DNA of 64,000 nt from an uncultured Bacteroidales bacterium. Lineage in GTDB: Bacteria > Bacteroidota > Bacteroidia > Bacteroidales > GCA-2748055. Below the pieces are notes generated by a model that saw only the letters and a program-made list of their open reading frames with translations, was not told the DNA's origin and made no database searches. Positions 29,897-39,217 of this stretch are shown here, one piece after another. Numbering within the stretch: position 1 is the stretch's first letter; every line of letters starts with the position of its first letter. The stretch spans positions 65,297 through 129,296 of the forward strand of contig CAVWDQ010000006.1 in the NCBI GenBank assembly GCA_963753765.1, read 5' to 3'. The position numbers and the translations under genes were made by a program.

Positions 29897-31966
29897 ATGA
29901 TGATGAGATCCTATCTTGCCGCTCTGTTATCCCTGGCCATCCTCCTGGTCAATCCAAATCAGACAAAGGGACAGGACCCCCTTAGTCCGGAGGAACTCCT
30001 GAAATTAAAAACCATAAGTATGGTTCACCTGAGCCCTGTCAATCGCGAGGTGATCTACTCGGTCTCAACTCCCAGGGGAGCCAATGAAAAACCGGGTGGG
30101 GCCACCAGGAAATACTTCCGGGCCTCATTGACTGACTGGATACCCCTTCCCCTGTTTGAAAACCAGGTTGGGGTCAGCTCACCCCGCTATAGTCCCGATG
30201 GCAAATACATAGGCTTCCTCCATGCAAATGAGGATGAACCGCAACAGGTCTGGGTGATGAACAGCACGGGAGGGAAGATGAAGAAACTGACCAATGAACC
30301 TTCAGGAGTATCTCAGTTTAAATGGCAACCGGGAAAAAATGGAATTGCCTACCTGTCCAGGGAGCTGACAAGTGAACGCGAGAAGGAGCTGAAAGAGAGA
30401 GGTTACGATTTCATCTTTTACGAAGAGAATCTGAAAAACAGCAGCCTGCATATGGCATGGTTCGATGATGAGTGGAACCAGACCAGTGTGTGGCAGATGA
30501 CCCATGAAGGAAACACCTGGGATTTTGAATTTAACCAGCAGGGAGACCGCATTGCTGCAAGCATTTCACCCAAGAACCTGATCGACCAGCGTTATATGTT
30601 CAGAAAGATCTTCCTGATTGATCTTAAATCGGGCGAGATGAGACAGGTCTCTGAAAATGAAGGCAAGCTGGGCAACTATGCCTTTAGTCCCGATGGCAGG
30701 CACCTGGCCTATGCGGCTGCCCTGAATATCAATGATTCCCAGGTGAGCCAGGCCTATATAGTGAACCTGGCTTCCGGAGAAGTCTCCAAGCTGACACCTC
30801 CCGATTTCAGGGGACATATCAGCTGGGTAAACTGGAAGGACAGTGAGAACCTGCTCTACCTTGCCGGAGAGGGCGTCTATCCGACCCTCAGTGTGGTGCC
30901 TGTTTCGGGCGGAACAAGAGAGGTGATCCTGAATGCTGCCGATCATGGATTTATCTTTGGATCCCCGCTGTTTACTCCCAATTTCAGACATTTTGTTTTT
31001 TCTGCTTCGACCCCGGAAGACCGGAGCAATCTCTATTACTGGGATGGAAAAAGTAATCCCAGGAAGGTCACCACACAAAATCCCTGGCTGAAGGAAAAGG
31101 TGCTGGGTAAACAGGAACTTATTAGCTACAAGGCCAGAGATGGACAGAAGATTGAAGGTATATTAATTCACCCGGTGGATTATAAGAAGGGAAGTACCTA
31201 TCCGCTTATCGTATATGTACACGGTGGTCCCGAGTCCCATGAAAACAACGGTTGGATGAGCCGTTACTCCACTCCCGGTCAGGTCATGGCCGGCAAGGGT
31301 TACCTGGTACTCTACCTCAACTACAGGGCCAGTACAGGTTATGGGGTTGATTTTGCTATGGAAGGTTTTATGGATCCGGCCGGTAAGGAATTTGATGATA
31401 TTGCCGATGGCATTGAATGGGCCATACGGGAGAAAGGAGCCGACCCGGAGCGGGTTGGAATGGCGGGTGGATCATACGGAGGCTATGCTTCGGCGTGGTT
31501 TGCCACCTATTACACCCAATACGTGAAGGCGGTTTGCATGTTTGTGGGCATCAGCAACTCTATTAGTAAGCGGGGCACCACCGACATACCTTATGAGGAG
31601 CTTTATGTGCATTCTGGAAAAAAACTGGAGGAGCAATGGCAACTGGATCTGGAACGCAGTCCGGTTTACTGGGCCCACCAGAGTAAAACCGCGACGCTGA
31701 TCTATGGGGGTGCAGCCGATACCCGGGTTCATCCCTCCCAGAGTTTTGAACTCTATCGCAGGATGAAAATGAATGACCACCCGGCAGTCCGCCTGGTGCA
31801 GTACCCGGGCGAAGGGCACGGAAACCGGAAACAGGTGGGGCAGATCGATGTGCTTATGCGCCAGATTGAGTGGCTCGACTGGTATGTGAAAGACCTCCAT
31901 CCACTGGACGGGCCCATGCCACGGCTGGACATAAGTGACACCTACGGACTGGACTGGAATTTTTAA
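29897..31966 (+). CDS. S9-family serine peptidase (beta-propeller + alpha/beta hydrolase)
   Basis: Start at MMMRSYLAALLSLAILLV (signal peptide). The nucleophile motif is MAGGSYGGYASAW, and PGEGHG supplies the His. Confidence 0.85.
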   Translation: MMMRSYLAALLSLAILLVNPNQTKGQDPLSPEELLKLKTISMVHLSPVNREVIYSVSTPRGANEKPGGATRKYFRASLTDWIPLPLFENQVGVSSPRYSPDGKYIGFLHANEDEPQQVWVMNSTGGKMKKLTNEPSGVSQFKWQPGKNGIAYLSRELTSEREKELKERGYDFIFYEENLKNSSLHMAWFDDEWNQTSVWQMTHEGNTWDFEFNQQGDRIAASISPKNLIDQRYMFRKIFLIDLKSGEMRQVSENEGKLGNYAFSPDGRHLAYAAALNINDSQVSQAYIVNLASGEVSKLTPPDFRGHISWVNWKDSENLLYLAGEGVYPTLSVVPVSGGTREVILNAADHGFIFGSPLFTPNFRHFVFSASTPEDRSNLYYWDGKSNPRKVTTQNPWLKEKVLGKQELISYKARDGQKIEGILIHPVDYKKGSTYPLIVYVHGGPESHENNGWMSRYSTPGQVMAGKGYLVLYLNYRASTGYGVDFAMEGFMDPAGKEFDDIADGIEWAIREKGADPERVGMAGGSYGGYASAWFATYYTQYVKAVCMFVGISNSISKRGTTDIPYEELYVHSGKKLEEQWQLDLERSPVYWAHQSKTATLIYGGAADTRVHPSQSFELYRRMKMNDHPAVRLVQYPGEGHGNRKQVGQIDVLMRQIEWLDWYVKDLHPLDGPMPRLDISDTYGLDWNF

Positions 31967-31991
31967 GAATTAACACAAATAGCATACCCCA

Positions 31992-33006
31992 ATGAAACCC
32001 TCAGTTCATATTAGTCTAATGATCTCCATGATACTGATCCTCTTCCTGCTTCCTTCCTGTGAACAGGAAAATGCAAGCATGGGATGGATCAGCATAGAAG
32101 GGAATCACTTTGTGGATGACAGGGGTGCGACCATGATATTCCAGGGAGTAAACATCAGGGATCCGCACAACCTGGAGGAGGAAGGTCACTGGACCAGTTC
32201 CCATTTCCAGGAAGCCAAAGCATGGGGTGCCAATGTGATCAGGCTGCCCATCCACCCACCCTCCTGGAGAGCACGGGGTGAAGAAGGCTACATGGTTCTG
32301 ATCGATCAGGCAGTGGAGTGGGCCAGGGAGCTGGAACTCTACCTGATCCTTGACTGGCACTCCATCGGAAACCTGAAGATGGAGATGTTCCAGCACGAAA
32401 TGTACATCACCTCAGTGGAGGAGACCACCGCTTTCTGGAATGCTGTTTCCCTGAGGTATGCCAATGAACCGGTGGTACTTATGTACGAACTCTTATAATG
32501 AGCCAACTATATCGGGAGACAATTTCGGGGACATGAGCTGGGAGGAGTGGAAAGCAATCAATGAAGACCTCATTGCTGTCATCAGGAACAATCATCCCGG
32601 GTCGCTTATCGGGGTGGCAGGATTCAACTGGGCATATGACCTCGTTCCCATAGCAGAGTCACCCATCGAAGCGCCGGGTATCGCCTACATCTCTCACCCC
32701 TATCCCCAGAAGCGGGAGGCTCCCTGGGAAGAACAATGGGAAACTGACTGGGGTTATGTGGCGGAAAAATACCCGGTATTCCTGACAGAGGTGGGTTTTG
32801 CGCTGCCTGATGAGAAAGGGGCCCACATACCCGTAAAAGGAGATGAGACTTACGGGAAGGCCCTGGTAGAGTTCACCAGGGAGCGCGGCATCTCCTGGGT
32901 CGTCTGGTGTTTTGATCCCGACTGGTCACCATATATGTTCACCGACTGGGATTACACTCCCACGCGCCAGGGTACATTCTTCAAAAAGGTAATGAGCGGA
33001 GAATAG
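31992..33006 (+). pseudogene. GH5 endo-glucanase/mannanase-like lipoprotein, one frameshift
   Basis: Fragments are 31992-32498 and 32458-33006, with a lipobox (FLLPSC). It contains NVIRLPIH. Removing one T from TT 32493-32494 restores the acid/base motif YELYNEPT. The nucleophile motif is VFLTEVG. Confidence 0.8.
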
Positions 33007-33023
33007 GTAACTCAGATAAGGCT

Positions 33024-33887
33024 TCAGAGTTGTTTTTTCAGCTCTTCCAAGCCCCTGAGGTTACGTTCCAGGACCACCTTGATGTCCTCCCCTTCAGTAT
33101 GTCCGAGGATCCCGATGGATCCTGAGAATCCAGAATTCTGAATGATCCTAAGCATCTCCAGCTCCCGGTCTCCCTCACCCAGGGGAATGATCTTGGGCCC
33201 CTCAACCCGCATCCCGTTAATATTAATCGTGGATAGGTAAGGCAGCATCAAAGCGAGATTCTCCTGAAAATGATCTATCTGGTGATGTCCATGGTGGAAG
33301 TTATATACGATCCTGACCTTGTCCGATCCAAAAGATTCAACGACTTTGACCAGGTTAGCTGGTTCACCAAACCATCCCCCATGGTTATAGAGTGCAAGAG
33401 TACAACCAAGCTCCTCGCATTCCCGAAGGATGTCTTTTACCACCTCCACTGCTCTGGAAAGGCTCTCTTCATCTGAAAGTCCTTCAAAGGCATGATCTGG
33501 AAATCCCAGCCAGATTTCCGTCCGGGTACCGGTCTCCCTGAGGATATCCAGAATTTGCCTGCCAGCATTATTAAGCGGCTCTTCCCATTGTGGATCTACC
33601 CATAGCCAGACAGCACCCAGCATAATATGATGATCCTTTAATATTCCTATCTCCTCCCTGAATGAGGGAATATGTTCATCCCTGTAATCATAAGCGAAAT
33701 GCTTTAATCCCAAATCATCCAGCATCTCTGCTCTTTCGCCCGGAGTTCGGTTCTTAGCATCAAAAGGCACAATGCACCAGGCAACCAGGTTTTCTTTTTC
33801 AAAAAGTGCTTTTTCTCCTTCATGTGCTGAATTGCATCCCGCAAAAGCAATAGAAAATAGCATTGATATGACGATTATATTTTTCAT
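33024..33887 (-). CDS. Xylose-isomerase-like TIM-barrel protein (sugar phosphate isomerase/epimerase family), lipoprotein
   Basis: It has a lipobox (SIAFAGC). Metal-site-like segments are LALYNHGGWFGEP, NFHHGHH and SIGILGHTEGED. Confidence 0.7.
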   Translation of the reverse strand: MKNIIVISMLFSIAFAGCNSAHEGEKALFEKENLVAWCIVPFDAKNRTPGERAEMLDDLGLKHFAYDYRDEHIPSFREEIGILKDHHIMLGAVWLWVDPQWEEPLNNAGRQILDILRETGTRTEIWLGFPDHAFEGLSDEESLSRAVEVVKDILRECEELGCTLALYNHGGWFGEPANLVKVVESFGSDKVRIVYNFHHGHHQIDHFQENLALMLPYLSTININGMRVEGPKIIPLGEGDRELEMLRIIQNSGFSGSIGILGHTEGEDIKVVLERNLRGLEELKKQL

Positions 33888-35005
33888 CTGTCGTCGGCAA
33901 AATACCTGCCCAGTTCATTCACGATGGCCCTTTTCACTTCCAGGGGATCAATTAGCCCATTATGCCTGTATACCACTTTTCCTCCAGGTGCTACAAGCAT
34001 GGTATGGGGCAGGACAACCTGCCGGAGTGAATCTATGGTATTGAGAAATGCCTCTTGAACCTCCCCCTGATAAATGTAGTTGGGAAAAGCCGCCTGGTGT
34101 TCTACGAGAAAGGACTTAACATTTTCCTCCAGCGAGGGCTTGTCAATGCTAAGTGAAACCATTTCAAAATTTCTTTGTCCATACATTCTCTGTATGTTTA
34201 CAAATTCAGGAAACTCAATTATGCAAGGGCCGCACCAGGTAGCCCAAACATTAATAAGCCTGTACTTGTTGCTATTGTTTTCCAGCAGCTCCCTGACACC
34301 CTGAAGGTCTATTCCGCTTAATTGCACAGGTTTCTCTTTCCACCGTTCATCCAGGGTCTTTCTCCAGCTTACCTTCGATTTCCACTTCATGGAACAGCCA
34401 AAGACCCTGGTGGTTTCCACCGGAACGGGTTTTCCTTCCAGCAGTGCATCAATGGCATTTCGTGCATCCAGCTGAGTAGGTTTCTTGTAAGGATCTTCCA
34501 TGTCATCGATCCTCCCGCTGTATCGCAATTTTCGTTCCCGGTCAAAGATAAATACATGTGGAGTAGCTATTGCTCCGTAAGCCAGAGCTGCAGCCTGCTC
34601 CGCCCCATCAAAGAGGTAAGGAAAAGTAAAGGCTTTCTCCGAGGCCCGGATCTTAGTTTCATCATAGCTGTCACCCAGATCAGAATAGCCCAGTTCTTCC
34701 AGGCAAACAGCACCAGGATAGTTTGAAGAAATAGCTATGAGCTGCATTTCTTCGGCCTCATACGCCAAACTCAATTCTTGTATTCGTTCCTCATAGGCCT
34801 GGGCAGTGGGACAATGGTTGGCCGTAAATACAATGGTCAGTACAGCAGCCCTGTCAAAACTATCCAGAGTATACAAAATGCCATCGATCCCTTCAAGGAA
34901 AAATGGGGGTGCTTTCTGGCCGATGGCCAGAGTTTCAGGCTCATCAGCCAGCACCACGGTTCCCACCATCAACAGCAATCCAAAATATAGGCAACGATAT
35001 GTCAT
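33884..35005 (-). CDS. Two-domain thioredoxin-like/redoxin protein, secreted
   Basis: It has a signal peptide. The first redoxin domain has a single Cys (FTANHCPTAQAY). The second has the classical WATWCGPC motif. There is a 4-nt overlap with the downstream TIM-barrel gene. Confidence 0.8.
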   Translation of the reverse strand: MTYRCLYFGLLLMVGTVVLADEPETLAIGQKAPPFFLEGIDGILYTLDSFDRAAVLTIVFTANHCPTAQAYEERIQELSLAYEAEEMQLIAISSNYPGAVCLEELGYSDLGDSYDETKIRASEKAFTFPYLFDGAEQAAALAYGAIATPHVFIFDRERKLRYSGRIDDMEDPYKKPTQLDARNAIDALLEGKPVPVETTRVFGCSMKWKSKVSWRKTLDERWKEKPVQLSGIDLQGVRELLENNSNKYRLINVWATWCGPCIIEFPEFVNIQRMYGQRNFEMVSLSIDKPSLEENVKSFLVEHQAAFPNYIYQGEVQEAFLNTIDSLRQVVLPHTMLVAPGGKVVYRHNGLIDPLEVKRAIVNELGRYFADDR

Positions 35006-35026
35006 AATATGGTTTTTGATTCCCGC

Positions 35027-35934
35027 TTACAAGCCCAGGTATTTAGTCAGCAGTTCCTTGCCCTGGCGGATGGCATCCCTTCCGCTGGATTCAATGCCGT
35101 ACCAGCCTGTATAGCCCATCTTCTTGGACATCCGTATCATCCGTCCCGACAATTCTTCCGTCGGGCTGGTTCCGGTAAGACATGCCCTTGGCATAGGGAA
35201 GCATCTTTTCCAGGTAGGCCAGGTTATCAAACTCAGGTCCCGGCTGGCGCCAGTCGGGATAAGATCCAAAGAGCGGATGATCGACTGCCTCAAAGAGTTT
35301 ATCCATCCATGTCCGGGTCATTGGTTACCCCGCCATGGTTCTCGATCACCACATTGATTCCTGCCTCCGATGCATAGTCCAGCAGCATTTGATAAGAATC
35401 CACGGCCCATTCCAGGTTCTCCTCCGGTGTAGCCTCCTCAAGGCCTCTGCAGTTGGTCCGGATGCTATGGCATCCCAGGTAGTGGGCCACATCGATCCAT
35501 TTCCGGTGATTGATGGCATATTGCTTCCGCACCTTTGCATCGGGCGAACAGGGGTCCCCTTCCGCATCCACCATAATCAGCACCATGCTCACTCCATAGT
35601 CTTCTGCATTCTGTTTCAGCTGATTCAGGTAGTTCATATGCGGAACCTCGAAAAGTGTATTCACAAACTCAATCCCGTTGATATCAAACTCTTCCCTGGC
35701 CAGTTTGGGAAAATCCAGGGTGGTCCAAAGGCCCTGACGGATCTCATCCACCAGGGACCACTGGGCAATGGAAATATCATCAACGACAGGCATCACCGGT
35801 AAGTTGATAAGAGGTGCTGCAGCAGCTTTTTCTTCAGCATCTCCCTGGGATACACATGATCCCAGCAGGGAGGAAGCCACCATCCCGGTGGCTCCCACTC
35901 CTATTGACTTTTCAATAAATGATCTTCTTTTCAT
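35027..35934 (-). pseudogene. Tat-exported xylose-isomerase-like TIM-barrel lipoprotein, two frameshifts
   Basis: Tat leader plus lipobox: MKRRSFIEKSIGVGATGMVASSLLGSC. Fragments are 35299-35934, 35091-35321 and 35027-35293. The frame breaks coincide with GGG runs 35315-35317 and 35163-35165 on the + strand. The corrected reading is ...VVIENHGGVTNDRTWMDKLFEAVDHPLFG...NQPTEELSGRMIRMSKKMGYTGWYGIES. Confidence 0.75.
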
Positions 35935-35935
35935 A

Positions 35936-37448
35936 TTACAACTCCCATCCTTTCCTGTAAGTTCTGGTTAAAAATTCATTGGCTTCAGGCACATTGGTGA
36001 TCTCCACCTTCTCCGGATCATAATCCACCCTTTTCCCTGCCCTCAGGGCCACTCCTCCCAGGAGGATGGTCTGCGTGACCGGTGCAGCTTTCAGGAAGGT
36101 TCCGGGCGACTCTTCCCCTTTCTTAAAGGTCTCAATCCAGTCGCGATCGCTGCGTATGGTTTCCTCCTTCGGCGGTTTGTCTGATCCGGTAAGTTCTATC
36201 ATTCGTTTTTCCGGAATGATCTTTGGGCTCTCTCCACGGAAACCAGCCAGGATCTTCCCCTTGTCTCCCACAAACATCATCCCCTCTCGCGGCAGATCCT
36301 TGTCTTCGCCTTCCAGCTCTTCCGGGGTAAAGGGTTTCATGCCCCCATCGTACCAGTATAGTTTGAAGGCAGGCAGGGTCTCCTGCTCCGGGAAATCAAA
36401 TTTTACCATACTTGAATAGGGGAAGGCCACATTGTTGCGTACACCTTTACTCACGTGGTCCACTACTTCGCAGGTGGTGGTTCCGTAAGCTCTTGCACTC
36501 AAAGGTGCCGTGTTAATTCCAAGTTGAAGGAAGAGGGGCCATAGACTGTAGTGTCCCATATCGGCAATGGCTCCTGCTCCAAAGTCATACCAGCCCCGGA
36601 AAACCGCATGGGTATAATTCAGGTTATAAGGGCGGTCGGGCACTGGTCCCAGCCAGAGATCCCAGTCAAATCCATCGGGTATGGGCATCTCCTCTTTCGG
36701 ATTGGAGGTCCACTGCGGCCAGACGGGACGATTCGACCAGTTATGGATCTCGGTCAGATTTCCAATAACACCCTGCTTGATCCATTCCCTGGCCACATCC
36801 AGTCCGCTTCTCTGGCTCCAGGCCAAGAGGTGAGAACCCACGCCAGTTGTTCTTGGCGGTATCAATGCTTAGCAGGGCTTCCTTCATGCGGTTGGCAATG
36901 GGCTTATGAATCACCACAGGCTTTCCTTTTTTCAGAGAGGCGATGGAAACCGCTGCGTGCAGATGATCGGGTGTCATAATCTTCACCGCATCCACATCTG
37001 TCTCCTTCTCCAGCAGCTCCCGGTAATCGTTATAAGCCTTACAGCCATTGTAACTCCCCTGTCCACTCTTCAGGGCATAGTATTTATCCACGAATTCCTT
37101 CCCCAGATCACGCCCCCCGGGAATACCATCCAGACCGCTTCCCCATTCAGAATCTTCAAGGGTACGGCGGATGATGTTGCGAATGCCATTTAAAGACCAG
37201 TCCACATAGTCGGTAGTGAATTTATTGGGGTCGCATACGGAGGTAATCTGTATATCTTCCTCTTTGAGGAGGGGCGCCATCTCTCTGATACCCTGGGTCC
37301 CGCAACCTATGTAGGCGATATTCATTTTATCACTTGGTGCGGTAAAGCCAGCTCCTCCCAGCACATGCCTGGGAACAACAGTAAAAGCAGCTGCAGCAGC
37401 AGTTGTACCCACAAACTTTCTGCGGGTAATTTTTTTGGAATTTTTCAT
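35936..37448 (-). pseudogene. Tat-exported Gfo/Idh/MocA-family oxidoreductase, one frameshift
   Basis: The leader is MKNSKKITRRKFVGTTAAAAAFTVVP, with a Rossmann motif MNIAYIGCGTQG. Fragments are 36741-37502 and 35936-36865. The junction is near 36845-36856 (...LSIDTAK / TTGVGSHLLAWSQRSG). Confidence 0.8.
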
Positions 37449-37530
37449 GCTGGTCGTTTGGTTAGGATCACTAAATTTAGGAAATTCCGCCATAGCCTTC
37501 ACTCTGAAATGCCAGAAAAAAGTTTCTATG

Positions 37531-37543
37531 TGTAAAATTTACA
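37531..37543. promoter_or_regulatory. Palindrome TGTAAA-A-TTTACA in a divergent promoter region
   Basis: Perfect 6-bp arms lie between the divergently transcribed Gfo/Idh/MocA genes (starts at 37448 and 37650). It is a candidate operator and the regulator is unknown. Confidence 0.3.
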
Positions 37544-37649
37544 TAATCCGAAGCAATCGAACTTCAGAATTTTAACTATGGATTATTATTAGTAAATTAG
37601 AACGCGATTTTTCAACTTAGACAAAATACCTAACTTAAATTAAGCTATT

Positions 37650-39131
37650 ATGAGTAAAGAAAAAAAGGGTGGAGTTTCCCGTAGAGCATTTGTGGGAACT
37701 ACAGCCGCTGCAACTGCAGGATTTACCATTCTTCCAAGCAATGTGGTCAGCGGAATGGGACACATTGCCCCCAGCGATAAGATGAACATTGCTGCTGTGG
37801 GTGTCGGTGGAATGGGTGCTTCCAACCTCCGGAACATCAAGGACCAGAATATTGTGGCTCTTTGTGATGTGGACCATAAGTATGCTGCAGGAACATTTGA
37901 GAAATATCCGGATGCCAAGAAATTCTGGGACTGGAGAAAGATGTATGATAAGATGGGCAAAGATATCGATGGTGTTATTGTTGCCACAGCCGACCATACT
38001 CACGCACTGATTGCTGCCCATGGAATGACCATGGACAAGCATATGTATGTGCAAAAGCCTTTGACACACTCTGTTTATGAATCACGCTTGCTGACCAACC
38101 TGGCAGACAAGCATCAGCTGGCCACTCAAATGGGAAACCAGGGTTCTTCAGGCGAAGGTGTTAACCTGGTTTGTGAATGGCTCGCCAATGGCGAGATCGG
38201 CGAGGTTACAAAAGTTGAAGCCTTTACCGACCGTCCCATCTGGCCCCAGGGTCTGAATATACCCGAAGAAAAGCAAGAAGTACCCAAGACTCTTAACTGG
38301 GACCTCTTTACCGGTCCGGCCTCATTGAATGATTTCAATGAGATCTATCACCCCTGGAACTGGCGTGGCTGGTGGGACTATGGAACAGGTGCCCTTGGCG
38401 ATATGGCCTGTCATATCCTGCACCCGGTCTTTGTTGGTCTGAAATTGCAGTACCCCACCAAGGTACAGGGTAGTTCTACCCTCTTGCTGACCGAATGTGC
38501 TCCCAATGCACAGATGGTGAAGCTGACTTATCCTGCAAGGCCAAACATGCCCAATCTCGCTTTACCTGAAGTAGAAGTGACCTGGTTTGATGGCGGACTG
38601 CAGCCCATGAAGCCCGAAGGATGGCCAGAAGGTAAAAATATGAACGATCAGGGTGGTGGTGTTCTGTTCCACGGAACCAAGGATACCCTGGTTTGTGGTT
38701 GCTACGGTGTGAATCCCTGGTTGCTGTCAGGACGTGTGCCCGATGCTCCCAAGTTCAGGCGTCGCGTAGAGACCAGCCATGAAATGGACTGGGTAAGAGC
38801 ATGTAAGGAGAGTCCTGAAAGCCGTGTTCAGACTGCATCTCCCTTCAGCGAAGCCGGACCATTCAACGAAATGGTGGTTATGGGTGTTAATGCTGTACGT
38901 CTCCAGGGCCTGAACAAGGAGCTGGAATGGGATGGCGAAAAAATGGAGTTCACCAACATTGGCGAAAGCGAAGAGCTGCGCATGTGTATCAAGGACGGTT
39001 TTGAGATCCACGACGGACACCCAACCTTCAAGAAGGACTGGACCGACAAGTTCTCTGCCCTTGAGTTCTCCAGGGACCTGGTGAAGCACACTCCAAGAGA
39101 AGGTGGATGGGAACTTCCCCCCATGCCTTAG
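37650..39131 (+). CDS. Tat-exported Gfo/Idh/MocA-family oxidoreductase
   Basis: The leader is MSKEKKGGVSRRAFVGTTAAATAGFTILP, with a Rossmann motif MNIAAVGVGGMG. It also has DGVIVATADHTHA and YVQKPLTHS. It is a paralogue of the gene at 35936-37448. Confidence 0.85.
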   Translation: MSKEKKGGVSRRAFVGTTAAATAGFTILPSNVVSGMGHIAPSDKMNIAAVGVGGMGASNLRNIKDQNIVALCDVDHKYAAGTFEKYPDAKKFWDWRKMYDKMGKDIDGVIVATADHTHALIAAHGMTMDKHMYVQKPLTHSVYESRLLTNLADKHQLATQMGNQGSSGEGVNLVCEWLANGEIGEVTKVEAFTDRPIWPQGLNIPEEKQEVPKTLNWDLFTGPASLNDFNEIYHPWNWRGWWDYGTGALGDMACHILHPVFVGLKLQYPTKVQGSSTLLLTECAPNAQMVKLTYPARPNMPNLALPEVEVTWFDGGLQPMKPEGWPEGKNMNDQGGGVLFHGTKDTLVCGCYGVNPWLLSGRVPDAPKFRRRVETSHEMDWVRACKESPESRVQTASPFSEAGPFNEMVVMGVNAVRLQGLNKELEWDGEKMEFTNIGESEELRMCIKDGFEIHDGHPTFKKDWTDKFSALEFSRDLVKHTPREGGWELPPMP

Positions 39132-39160
39132 GACACATTATTAGTAAACTAACTTAACAT

Positions 39161-39196
39161 AAAAGAGGCCTTCCCAAAAACGGAAAGGCCTCTTTT
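39161..39196. terminator. Bidirectional intrinsic terminator
   Basis: A 12-bp stem pairs aaaagaggcctt (39161-39172) with aaggcctctttt (39185-39196). It is flanked by A- and T-runs and sits between convergent genes ending at 39131 and 39218. Confidence 0.75.
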
Positions 39197-39217
39197 CTTT
39201 TGTGTGCTTGAGATACC

